Origin: a virus
Lineage: Duplodnaviria; Caudoviricetes
Reading direction: 5' to 3' (one strand)
Virus record (IMG/VR): IMGVR_UViG_3300049141_000137
Span: 1-44,214 of that record
Length of the DNA: 44,214 nt
A model generated the notes under the pieces. It did not search any database and was not told the origin of the DNA. It saw only the letters and a program-made list of their open reading frames with translations. The position numbers and the translations under genes are program-made. This document shows, one piece after another, positions 35,103-43,790 of this stretch; position 1 is the first letter of the stretch; every line of letters starts with the position of its first letter.

Positions 35103-35908
35103 AGCGTGTAGTTATCATCTCGGATCTGCAAGTCCCGTACCACGATCCGAAGGCACTGAACAACCTGATCGGCTTCATCAAGGACTATCAGCCTGATGAG
35201 CTGTATCAGATCGGGGACCTGAACGACTACGAGACTCCAAGCCGGTGGAACGAAGGGACTCGGTACGAGTATCGGCAGCAGGTCCGAAGTGATTCGGACG
35301 TTACAAAGAAGCGGGTCCTCGAACCCATCCGGGCTGTCTATGACGGCCCGTTTGGGATCCTGGAGGGTAACCACGACCTCAGGCCTCGGACCTACCTCTC
35401 TGCCAAAGCTCCGGCCTTGGCTGAGTACGCCGATGACTTCCACTTCTCCAAGCTGCTGGAGTTCGACGCCTTCGGTATCGACCTGACTCCGCCCTTCCAC
35501 AAGGTAGGGCCGGACACGGCCCTTATCCACGGACATGAGATCAAGGGTCTGTCGAGCATCGCGGGTACGACCGCATACGGTCACGCGAGCAAGGCAACCA
35601 TGAATCTCGTCATGGGCCACACTCACCGCCTGGGCGTCCGCCGGCACGGCCCATCACATCTCGGGGGAATGCGATGGGGCTTCGAGGTCGGACACATGAT
35701 GGACCCCAGGAAGGCTCAATATCTGGGGCCTGGTGCCGTGGCCAACTGGCAAGCAGGGTTCGGCATTCTGTACGTCGGTGACCACGACGTATCCCCCTAC
35801 CCCGTAGATGTGCGCCGGGACGGCTCTTTCGTCGTGGAAGGTGTGCGCTACGGCAAGCTCGTTCGTGGCGCTGGGGGGCGCTTTGCAAAGAAGGGGGACA
35901 CCACGTGA
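35099..35908 (+). CDS. Metallophosphoesterase
   Basis: SDLQ, GD..D, GNHD, HGH, GHTH. Confidence 0.92.
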   Translation: MKRVVIISDLQVPYHDPKALNNLIGFIKDYQPDELYQIGDLNDYETPSRWNEGTRYEYRQQVRSDSDVTKKRVLEPIRAVYDGPFGILEGNHDLRPRTYLSAKAPALAEYADDFHFSKLLEFDAFGIDLTPPFHKVGPDTALIHGHEIKGLSSIAGTTAYGHASKATMNLVMGHTHRLGVRRHGPSHLGGMRWGFEVGHMMDPRKAQYLGPGAVANWQAGFGILYVGDHDVSPYPVDVRRDGSFVVEGVRYGKLVRGAGGRFAKKGDTT

Positions 35909-36456
35909 CTGAGGTCGATTGGGCCTACGTGGCGGATATCGCTGACAAGGCGGCTCGATCCATCGCTTCCGCCTGGAGCGTGGTGGAGAAAGACGACGTG
36001 AAGCAGGCCATTCTTCTTCACGCCTACGAACGACGCACGCTCATCGAGCAGAACTACACAGACACCTTCCTGTGGCAGTTCGCCAAGAAGGCAGGAACGC
36101 AGTACGCCTCAAAGGAACGCGATGCGCGCGACGTTGAGGATGGGAATTACTACTACACGCCCGATGAAGCGAAGTTGGCCCTAGCCACCTTCGTCTACTC
36201 AGACGATGAGCTTGGTCAGATGCTTGGGCGAGAGGATGACCTTCTTTCCTGCCGCATCACAGACAATCTCGTCTCCGCCCGGCTCGATGCCTCCTTGGCG
36301 CTCAACAGGCTGCCCGCCAGGACGCGAGAGGTGCTGATGCGTCGCTACGTCTATGGGCTGCCTCCGAAGGACGACACGGAGCGCAAGGCGAGCAACCGCG
36401 GGCTCGATGTGCTGGCACGCCAGATGAACCGTGACCTACGAAAGGTGACTGCATGA
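35905..36456 (+). CDS. Sigma-factor-like DNA-binding protein
   Basis: AR........DDVKQ region-2-like segment and D...AL.RLP...R..L..RY region-4-like segment. Confidence 0.65.
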   Translation: MTEVDWAYVADIADKAARSIASAWSVVEKDDVKQAILLHAYERRTLIEQNYTDTFLWQFAKKAGTQYASKERDARDVEDGNYYYTPDEAKLALATFVYSDDELGQMLGREDDLLSCRITDNLVSARLDASLALNRLPARTREVLMRRYVYGLPPKDDTERKASNRGLDVLARQMNRDLRKVTA

Positions 36457-38447
36457 CTTCATTTCCAACTGAGACCGCCAGGACGGTCTATGAGCGTACG
36501 TACTCCCGGGTGAAGCCCAACGGCCAGCAGGAGACATGGGAGGAGACCGTTGAGCGGGTAGTAGACGGCAACCTTGCCCTTGTCCCGGAGCGGTACGCGG
36601 AGGAGGGCGAGCGGGCTGCGCTGCTCGACCTGATCGGCTCCTTCAAGGTGTTGCCGGCGGGGAGGCACCTCAAGAGTTCGGGTGTCGCACCCTTCGCCCT
36701 GAACAACTGTTGGGCGGCAGGCTGGGACAGCAGCAAGCCTGAGGAGCACTTCACGTTCAGCCTGTTGAGGTTGGCTGAGGGTGGGGGCGTCGGGGCCAAC
36801 TACTCATCCCGGTACTTCGAGGGCTTCCCCGAGCTGGTGATTCCGGTAGAGGTCCACATCGTCTGTGACCCGGACCATGCTGACTTCCTTGACCTCGTTG
36901 AGGCCGGGCTGATCAGTACCGAGTACAGCCACGAGTGGACTGGGGCCTATCAGGTCCAGGACAGCCGCGAGGGCTGGGCTGAGGCCCTGGGGGACCTCAT
37001 ACGGACGGCACACGACCCGAGGACGCGTCACGCAGCTCGGGTCTACGACGTGAGCCGTGTACGGGCCAAGGGGACGCCCCTCAAGGCGTTCGGGGGGACG
37101 GCCAGCGGCCCGGAACCCTTCGGCCGCATGCTCAAGGCCGTGGGCCTGGTGCTCAAGGACGGCCATGGTCGGCCGCTCCACGGCATCGACGCCATGGCGA
37201 TTGACCACGAGGTAGCTCAGTGCATCGTCTCTGGGGGAGTTCGTCGGTCGGCCCGTATGTCGATCATGCATTGGCGTGACCCGCTCATCTGGTCGTTCCT
37301 CCACATCAAGGCGGAGGGAGGCCACTGGACAACGAATGTATCGGTCGAGATTGACGATGACTTCATTGCCCTTCTCGGGAAGATGTCGTCTCCGTCCATG
37401 CCGATCCTCCGGGAGATCGCAAAGGGGATGCTTCGGAACGGTGAGCCGGGGGTTTGGAACTCCTCACTGAGCGCCGTTGGGGAGGTGGATGGCACCTATA
37501 CCACTAATCCATGCGGAGAGGCCGTTATTACGGAATGGGAGCCGTGTAATCTCGGCTCTGTCAATCTCGGCGCCTTCGTGGACGAGAACGGGGAGATAGA
37601 CGATGAGGCCCTTCGGGAGGCTCACAGATACCTCACTCGCTATCTGATCAGGGCTACGTTCGCCAAGGTTGCTGACCCGAAGTCGGCTGAGGCCATCGCC
37701 AAATACCGCCGCATCGGGGTGGGGCATCTCGGGTTCGCTGACTTCCTGGTGAAGATGGGGGTGAAGTATTCCGAGGCGTCCCGTATGGGGATCGGATTTG
37801 AGCTTGACATCATGGCTCAGACCGTCACTCTTGCGGCTCGGGAGTACGCAAACGAACTACGAATCCCTGTCCCGATCAAGACGCGGGTTATCGCGCCCAC
37901 GGGTACGACGAGCAAGCTGGCCGGCACCAGTGGCGAGGCCGTACACGCGCCTTTCGCCGGGTATTTCAAGAGGCGTATCAGGTTCAGTGATCTGGAGCCT
38001 TCCGAGAAGGCTCAGGTGGAGGAGTATCGGCGTAAGGGCTACCACGTGGAGCCGGACAAGACTGCTGCCAATACCTCTGTCGTCACCATCCCTACGAAGG
38101 ATCCGCTTGTTGAGATGGGGGAGTGTTTCCAGCATGCAGGAGACCTAAGCCTTAGGGACATGCTGTCGGTCCAAGCGCTCTATCAGGAGCACTGGGCAGA
38201 CCAGGCGGTGTCCTACACGGTGAATGTCAAACCCGAGAAGTATTCGGTTGACGACCTCGTTGAAGCTCTGGTCCCCTTTCTTCCGAGGCTCAAGGGAACC
38301 ACGATCTTCCCGGAGCTTTCCTTTGAGCAGCCGCCTTACGAGCGGATCACCAAGGAAGAGTACGAGGAGCTTGCTGCCGCAGTTGGCATCGAGGTTTCCG
38401 ACACGTCCTATGACGAGATATGCGCATCTGGCGCGTGTCCCATCTAG
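36453..38447 (+). CDS. nrdJ: Class II (AdoCbl) ribonucleotide reductase
   Basis: PAGRHL, NC, GGGVG, GGVRRSA, TNPCGE, CNLG, APTGT motifs and C-terminal C..G.CPI. Confidence 0.93.
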   Translation: MTSFPTETARTVYERTYSRVKPNGQQETWEETVERVVDGNLALVPERYAEEGERAALLDLIGSFKVLPAGRHLKSSGVAPFALNNCWAAGWDSSKPEEHFTFSLLRLAEGGGVGANYSSRYFEGFPELVIPVEVHIVCDPDHADFLDLVEAGLISTEYSHEWTGAYQVQDSREGWAEALGDLIRTAHDPRTRHAARVYDVSRVRAKGTPLKAFGGTASGPEPFGRMLKAVGLVLKDGHGRPLHGIDAMAIDHEVAQCIVSGGVRRSARMSIMHWRDPLIWSFLHIKAEGGHWTTNVSVEIDDDFIALLGKMSSPSMPILREIAKGMLRNGEPGVWNSSLSAVGEVDGTYTTNPCGEAVITEWEPCNLGSVNLGAFVDENGEIDDEALREAHRYLTRYLIRATFAKVADPKSAEAIAKYRRIGVGHLGFADFLVKMGVKYSEASRMGIGFELDIMAQTVTLAAREYANELRIPVPIKTRVIAPTGTTSKLAGTSGEAVHAPFAGYFKRRIRFSDLEPSEKAQVEEYRRKGYHVEPDKTAANTSVVTIPTKDPLVEMGECFQHAGDLSLRDMLSVQALYQEHWADQAVSYTVNVKPEKYSVDDLVEALVPFLPRLKGTTIFPELSFEQPPYERITKEEYEELAAAVGIEVSDTSYDEICASGACPI

Positions 38448-38462
38448 GGCCTTCTTTTTACC

Positions 38463-38481
38463 TAGTTAGTTGCCCCCTGGG
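38463..38481 (+). repeat. Conserved 19-bp intergenic motif, copy 3
   Basis: TAGTTAGTTGCCCCCTGGG. Confidence 0.8.
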
Positions 38482-38506
38482 CATCCCGACTACCGGAGAG
38501 AGCTGA

Positions 38507-39025
38507 ATGAGCTTCCCGAACCCGTTCGATGGCCCCTCGCCCTGGGGAGAGCCGGACACTCCAAAGGAGATCAAGCCTATGACCGATGCTGTTTCCTCTG
38601 TTGCCCCCAACCCCTACAAGGTCGGGGTGACCCTTAAGGCCGCTGCCAGTTTCGAGGCCGAGTGGCTTACGCCCACGGTATACGGCGCCACTGGCGACGA
38701 GACCGCAAAGCGCGTGGTCGAGCTGGTGAAGGCGCTTGCGGATAACGGCGTCATCGACATCGTCTCTCACGCGGCCGTGAAGATGCGCGAGACCCACCAG
38801 CCCACCGCCGGCAAGGGCGGCAACAACGCTCCCAAGACGTTCAGTGGCGGCAAGGTCCAGACGCAGCAGAGTGCCCCGGCGTCTGATGGCGACTCCTGCC
38901 AGCACGGCCGAACTCTGCGGGAGGGCAACGGTAAGAACGGCCCTTGGGCCGCCATGTTCTGTAGCGCTCCGAAGGGCAGCCAGTGTGACCCGCTTTGGCG
39001 ACAGAAGGACGGCTCTTTCCTCTAA
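38507..39025 (+). CDS. Conserved actinophage protein between RNR and ThyX, with C-terminal C.HG...W....C.....C Zn motif
   Basis: VTLK......WL motif; synteny as in L5-like phages. Confidence 0.7.
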   Translation: MSFPNPFDGPSPWGEPDTPKEIKPMTDAVSSVAPNPYKVGVTLKAAASFEAEWLTPTVYGATGDETAKRVVELVKALADNGVIDIVSHAAVKMRETHQPTAGKGGNNAPKTFSGGKVQTQQSAPASDGDSCQHGRTLREGNGKNGPWAAMFCSAPKGSQCDPLWRQKDGSFL

Positions 39026-39052
39026 GAGCTAGCTACTTGCAATAGGCACCTC

Positions 39053-39082
39053 AGGGGGCCGGGGATTCCTCGGCCCCCTTTT
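39053..39082 (+). terminator. Intrinsic terminator
   Basis: AGGGGGCCGGGG-ATT-CCTCGGCCCCCT-TTT. Confidence 0.75.
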
Positions 39083-39098
39083 CCTTTGGAGTCATTCA

Positions 39099-39806
39099 GT
39101 GGCAGACATCACCATTCGGTCTGACGTAACCGCGAAGCTCATCAATATCTCGGCCAATGACGCCATGGTTGCCAAGGCTGCGCGCGTCTCGACCATCGGC
39201 AAGCAATCGGCTGCTGACGATCTGCCGACCGGTGGCCTTATCAACTTCCTGATGAGGGATAGGCATGGGAGCCCTTTCGAGCACACCTCATTTACCTTCC
39301 TCGTAGAGGCGCCGATCTTCGTTGCCCGAGAGCACATGAGGCACAGGGCTGGGTGGAGCTACAACGAGGAGAGCGGGCGTTACAAGGAGCTTGAAGGGAT
39401 TTTCTACCGCCCTGGCGCCACGCGCAATCTAGTGCAGAAAGGTAAACCGGGGGCTTACACCTTCGCCCCTGGTGAGGTCGAGCAGGAGCTACGTGTAGAG
39501 CACTCCTTCGGGGTGATTTACCGAGCGGCATTCAGTCATTACAAGCAGATGCTTGCTGACGGAATCGCTCGTGAGGTTGCCCGCATGGTGCTTCCTGTCG
39601 GCACCTTCACGTCGTACTACGCGACGTGCAATGCCCGCTCGCTCATGCATTTCCTGAGCCTTCGCACCATCTCTGAGGACGCACAATTCCCGTCCTTCCC
39701 GCAACGGGAAATCGAGATGGTTGCTGAGCAGATGGAGCGGGAGTTCAAGGAATCCATGCCGCATACGCATGCGGCCTTCGTCACGCATGGCCGCGTGGCG
39801 CCTTAA
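39099..39806 (+). CDS. thyX: Flavin-dependent thymidylate synthase
   Basis: H.SPFEH, RE.MRHR..SYNEESGRY, E.AR.VLP, N.RSL.HF..LR. Confidence 0.96.
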   Translation: MADITIRSDVTAKLINISANDAMVAKAARVSTIGKQSAADDLPTGGLINFLMRDRHGSPFEHTSFTFLVEAPIFVAREHMRHRAGWSYNEESGRYKELEGIFYRPGATRNLVQKGKPGAYTFAPGEVEQELRVEHSFGVIYRAAFSHYKQMLADGIAREVARMVLPVGTFTSYYATCNARSLMHFLSLRTISEDAQFPSFPQREIEMVAEQMEREFKESMPHTHAAFVTHGRVAP

Positions 39807-39824
39807 AGGGGGTACGGGGGGATT

Positions 39825-40451
39825 CTGAAACTACTTGACCTTTACTGCTGCCAGGGGGGAGCAAGTAAGGGCTACCGCGATGCGGGATTTGAGGTGGTGG
39901 GCGTCGACATCGCCCCGCAGCCTCGCTACCCGTATAAGTTTGTCCAGGCTCATGCGATTCAGTACCTATTCCAGCACGGGCACGAGTTCGACTTTATACA
40001 TGCCTCGCCTCCGTGTCAGCTATACAGCAAGACGCAGAGGATCATGCAAAACGAGCACCCTGACCTCTTGGCCCCTACTCGGGGCGCGCTGAGAGAGGTC
40101 GGCGTCCCTTGGGTGATTGAGAACGTAATGGGTGCCCAGCCGAAAATGCGGAATCCCGTTCTGCTGTGTGGGGCCTACTTCGGGCTCAATACCTACAGGC
40201 ATCGCCTATTTGAGGTGGGGGGCTGGGAGCTTCCGACTCCGGAGCACCCGGAGCACATCAGGCGGCAAACCAAAATGGGGCGCCGCCGAAAGCCCGATGA
40301 GATGGGGATTTACGTCGGGAACTTCATCGGGGTGGACGACGCCAAGGAAGACCTTGGCGTTCCGTGGATGTCCCGGGAGGGGATCCGTGAATGCATTCCG
40401 CCTGCCTACGCCGAGTTCGTAGGGCGTGCATTCCTTGCCCAGAGCGACTAG
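39825..40451 (+). CDS. DNA cytosine-C5 methyltransferase-like protein (apparent CTG start)
   Basis: Motif I LDLYCCQGG lies upstream of the first GTG; ASPPCQ and VIENV motifs. Confidence 0.8.
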   Translation: MKLLDLYCCQGGASKGYRDAGFEVVGVDIAPQPRYPYKFVQAHAIQYLFQHGHEFDFIHASPPCQLYSKTQRIMQNEHPDLLAPTRGALREVGVPWVIENVMGAQPKMRNPVLLCGAYFGLNTYRHRLFEVGGWELPTPEHPEHIRRQTKMGRRRKPDEMGIYVGNFIGVDDAKEDLGVPWMSREGIRECIPPAYAEFVGRAFLAQSD

Positions 40452-40463
40452 AAGGGAGGTCCC

Positions 40464-42272
40464 GTGATTGAGCTTGGCTATTCGCTGAAGGGTCAGCCGG
40501 TCTCGATTTACGTTGTCGAGCATGAAAGGGACCTCCCTGCCTTTGAGGAGTTCATCTCTCGACACCGGATCCTAGGATTCGATACGGAAACGACCGGACT
40601 CGACTGGTGGGCCTCTGACTTCAGGTGCCGGCTGGCTCAGTTCGGCACGGGGGCCGAGACCTGGGTAATCCCCGTGGAGCTGGGGCCCGCCTTCGCTGAG
40701 GCCGTGAGGCGGGCTCTGTGGCGCCTTGAGTGGTTGATCTGCCACAACGGGACCTTTGACCTTCACGTGGTCGAGCAGACGCTAGGAATCCCCATGGAGG
40801 AGCTTGCTCCGAAGATGTGGGACACGGCCAAGCTCGCACACTTGGTGGACCCGCGGGCCGTGAAGGAGAAGGGCCCGGGGCTCAAGCTCGAAGAGCTGAC
40901 CAAGTTCTACATCTGCGAGAAGACCGCAGATGAGGTCAAGGGCTCAATGGCGGCCATCGCGAAGAAGTACAAGACGACGAAGGAGAAGATTTGGAAGCTG
41001 GTTGAGCTTCTGGACCGTGACTATTTGCTGTACGCAGGCATGGATCCGGCGCTAGCGTTTCGGCTCTTCCAGATCCTCTATCGCCTGGTTCCGGCTCGCT
41101 CCAAGGCTCAAGGGCTTATCGGGTGGGAGCACCGACTAGCGCACGTCACAGCCAAAATGGAGCGGGCGGGATACCTCATTGACGTGGGGTATGCCGAGAT
41201 GCGGTGTGAGGAGCTGCAATACGAACAGGAGAAGTGGGAGACCGTAGCCAAGACGTTTGGTGTCGAGAACCCCAACTCCAGTCAGCAGCTCATTGAGGTA
41301 TTTCAGTCGCTTGGGGTGAAGCTCACTAAGCGGACCAAGCCGAGTAAGAATCACCCCAATGGCCAGTTGGCCATGGACGATGACGTTCTATCCGGGCTGA
41401 AGCACCCTCTTGCCGATGCGGTAATCAAGTCGCGCAAGGCTGGCAAGTGGCGTAAGACGTGGTTTGAGAGAGCGTTGAACGGACGTGGCCCGGATAACCG
41501 GGTACACGGAAGTATCAACAGTCTCCAGGCCAGAACGTCAAGGATGTCCATATCCGGGAGCATCCCGGCTCAGACGTTCCCTTCCGGGGACGGCTATGTC
41601 CGGCACATGTTCTTGGCTGACGAGGGTCACGTCAGTTGCTCGATTGACTTCGGCAACATGGAACTTCGCTATCTGGCGGCGTTCTCCCGAGATCCCACGA
41701 TGCTTGATGCCTTCCTCAATGGAAGGGACCTGCACCAGATCACGGCGGACGCTGCCGGCGTGCCTCGCAAAATCGGGAAGATGGCTAACTTCCTGACGGT
41801 CTACGGGGGCGGTTGGGCAGCCCTCATGGAACAGGCCCACATTGACGAAGAGACCGCGAGGAAGGTACTCGACGCCTTCGCGGCCACTTATCCGGGGGTT
41901 GGCGCCTTCGGTAAGCGGCTGGCAGATGAGGCCCGGAAGACGGGGTTCGTCTATACGGCCACTGGCAGGCGTCTGCCTGTTGACCCGGGTAAGTGGTTCC
42001 GCGCGCTGAACTACTTCATTCAGGGTGGAAGTCGTGACGTAACGGCTCGGGCCCTGCTGAAGCTCGACGCAGCCGGATTCACTCCGTACATGCGTCTCCC
42101 GATCCATGACGAAATTGTCTTTTCGTTCCCCGAGAGGGAGGCGCCCGAGATGGCTCGGGAGGCCGCAAAGCTGATGGAGTTCCCTGTTCAGGGGCTCCTC
42201 ATCCCAGCAGACGCGGAAATCGGTGGACGTTCCTGGGGGAGCGTGCTGGAACTGGAAGAGAGCAAGCACTAG
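40464..42272 (+). CDS. DNA polymerase A family with 3'-5' exonuclease
   Basis: FDTETTG, HN..FD, YA..D, DFGNMELR, K.ANF...YG, IHDE. Confidence 0.96.
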   Translation: MIELGYSLKGQPVSIYVVEHERDLPAFEEFISRHRILGFDTETTGLDWWASDFRCRLAQFGTGAETWVIPVELGPAFAEAVRRALWRLEWLICHNGTFDLHVVEQTLGIPMEELAPKMWDTAKLAHLVDPRAVKEKGPGLKLEELTKFYICEKTADEVKGSMAAIAKKYKTTKEKIWKLVELLDRDYLLYAGMDPALAFRLFQILYRLVPARSKAQGLIGWEHRLAHVTAKMERAGYLIDVGYAEMRCEELQYEQEKWETVAKTFGVENPNSSQQLIEVFQSLGVKLTKRTKPSKNHPNGQLAMDDDVLSGLKHPLADAVIKSRKAGKWRKTWFERALNGRGPDNRVHGSINSLQARTSRMSISGSIPAQTFPSGDGYVRHMFLADEGHVSCSIDFGNMELRYLAAFSRDPTMLDAFLNGRDLHQITADAAGVPRKIGKMANFLTVYGGGWAALMEQAHIDEETARKVLDAFAATYPGVGAFGKRLADEARKTGFVYTATGRRLPVDPGKWFRALNYFIQGGSRDVTARALLKLDAAGFTPYMRLPIHDEIVFSFPEREAPEMAREAAKLMEFPVQGLLIPADAEIGGRSWGSVLELEESKH

Positions 42273-42280
42273 GGGGGCTC

Positions 42281-42490
42281 ATGGGGGCAATCGTCAATTA
42301 CCTCTCTCAGAGGTGGCGTGCCCAGCCTGACGACATGATCGGCGGTTGGTGTGTAACACCTGAGGCCGATAAGCGGACTCCCGCCCAGGGGGCTCCGCAA
42401 CTGGCTGACTTCTCTACCGAGGAACTTGCACGGCACATTGCGCAGCTTCACAACGTTTGGCTTCAGAGCCGCATACACACGAGGGGATAG
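42281..42490 (+). CDS. Hypothetical protein
   Basis: 69 aa; A.HIA.LHN motif. Confidence 0.65.
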   Translation: MGAIVNYLSQRWRAQPDDMIGGWCVTPEADKRTPAQGAPQLADFSTEELARHIAQLHNVWLQSRIHTRG

Positions 42491-42492
42491 CA

Positions 42493-42759
42493 GTGAACGA
42501 GAACGAGCAGAACGACGGAACCGAAGCCGCGGGCGGCTTTGAGGAACTGATCTCCGGTATCGAGAACGAGATGAACGCCCAGCGGCTTCACAAGCAGGGT
42601 GCATACGCGGTGACTGCGGCTCGCATCTCCGGAACCGTCCTCACTGAAGGCATGGCGGCGGGTGTGCCCCACGACCTTGCTAAGGAGATGGCAGCGGACA
42701 CCTGGAACTCGATTATGGGATTCGCCGCCATCGAGGTAGTTGACGGGACTGAGGGCTGA
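42493..42759 (+). CDS. Hypothetical protein
   Basis: GTG behind GAGGGG. Confidence 0.7.
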   Translation: MNENEQNDGTEAAGGFEELISGIENEMNAQRLHKQGAYAVTAARISGTVLTEGMAAGVPHDLAKEMAADTWNSIMGFAAIEVVDGTEG

Positions 42760-43124
42760 GGCTCCTTGTCACAGGCTCCCGGAGCTGGACGGACGTAGCC
42801 CTCTTGGAGGGCGTCATAGGCGAACTGCTCTGGCTCGGTAGGCACAGGCCCCGTGACGTGCTGCTGATACACGGGGCCTGTCCACGGGGAGCCGATCACA
42901 TGGCCGACCGCTTCGCCCACGAGATCGGGATGAGCGTCCGCCGGCACCCAGCCGACTGGGACACCCACGGGAAGCGAGCCGGGTTCCTCCGCAACGCGGA
43001 GATGGTCAGCGCTGGAGCTGACCTCTGCTTCGCCTTCATCAAGGGCGGGAGCCCTGGAGCTTCCATGACTGCCAGCCTCGCCAAGAAGGCGGGGATACCA
43101 ACCGAGATATTCGAGGACGTGTAA
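42756..43124 (+). CDS. DUF2493 / YspA-like SLOG protein (apparent CTG start)
   Basis: RLLVTGSR.W.D, HGAC.RGAD, HPADW...GK.AG..RN.EMV. Confidence 0.85.
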   Translation: MRLLVTGSRSWTDVALLEGVIGELLWLGRHRPRDVLLIHGACPRGADHMADRFAHEIGMSVRRHPADWDTHGKRAGFLRNAEMVSAGADLCFAFIKGGSPGASMTASLAKKAGIPTEIFEDV

Positions 43125-43381
43125 TGCCTCTGTTTCCGCACTACGAGTACGCAGGCCCCGGACAGGCTCACAAGCTCGACCTGACGAACATCCCCAAGGA
43201 GTGCGTCACGGTCACGGTCAATATCAAAGACGAGAAGCTGAAGACTGCCATAGAGAAGCGCATTCGAGTGCTCAAGGGTGCCCTGGAGAACGCCAAGCAA
43301 TCCGAACAGTGGGGCGTAGCCCATCGGGTCTCTCAGAAGCTCTCGGTTCTTGAGGAAGTCCTGAAGGAAGCGGCTGTCTGA
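43124..43381 (+). CDS. Hypothetical protein
   Basis: TAATG coupling. Confidence 0.65.
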   Translation: MPLFPHYEYAGPGQAHKLDLTNIPKECVTVTVNIKDEKLKTAIEKRIRVLKGALENAKQSEQWGVAHRVSQKLSVLEEVLKEAAV

Positions 43382-43384
43382 TGT

Positions 43385-43621
43385 TTGAAGACATGGAGAT
43401 GGACTGTGAGTGACAAGAATCTGCCCCGCTTCCTGATCGACTATGGCGGGCGAGACCACCGGCTTGCTTACACCGAGGACAACGTACGGAACAGCCTCAA
43501 GGGCGTGTACGTGAGGCGTCCTTGGGGGCTGGAGTCGGCAAAGGTGTATGCCCTGCCGGGATATGAGGACGTGACAGGTCGATTCATCATCGGGGAGAGC
43601 AATGAGCCCGCACCGTTCTAG
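43385..43621 (+). CDS. Hypothetical protein
   Basis: TTG start; packed operon. Confidence 0.55.
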   Translation: MKTWRWTVSDKNLPRFLIDYGGRDHRLAYTEDNVRNSLKGVYVRRPWGLESAKVYALPGYEDVTGRFIIGESNEPAPF

Positions 43622-43790
43622 CGAAGCGCTGAAGGCGTTTCTCACGGAGCTGTCAGACCTGACAACGAAGTACGGATACGTCATCGAGGGCGACGTAGAC
43701 AGCGAGGGTTACAAGGGGTTGGCGAGTGTCCGGGGGAACGGAATCAGGCGGGATCTCGTCCACGACGGAGAGCGGTACGACGCTTACTAG
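43602..43790 (+). CDS. Hypothetical protein
   Basis: ATG behind GGGGAG. Confidence 0.6.
   Translation: MSPHRSSEALKAFLTELSDLTTKYGYVIEGDVDSEGYKGLASVRGNGIRRDLVHDGERYDAY

Noticed and set aside
36453-42272. Inteins or introns in RNR, ThyX or Pol A
   Set aside because: Lengths are compact, frames are continuous, and no intein-like ends or LAGLIDADG motifs were seen.
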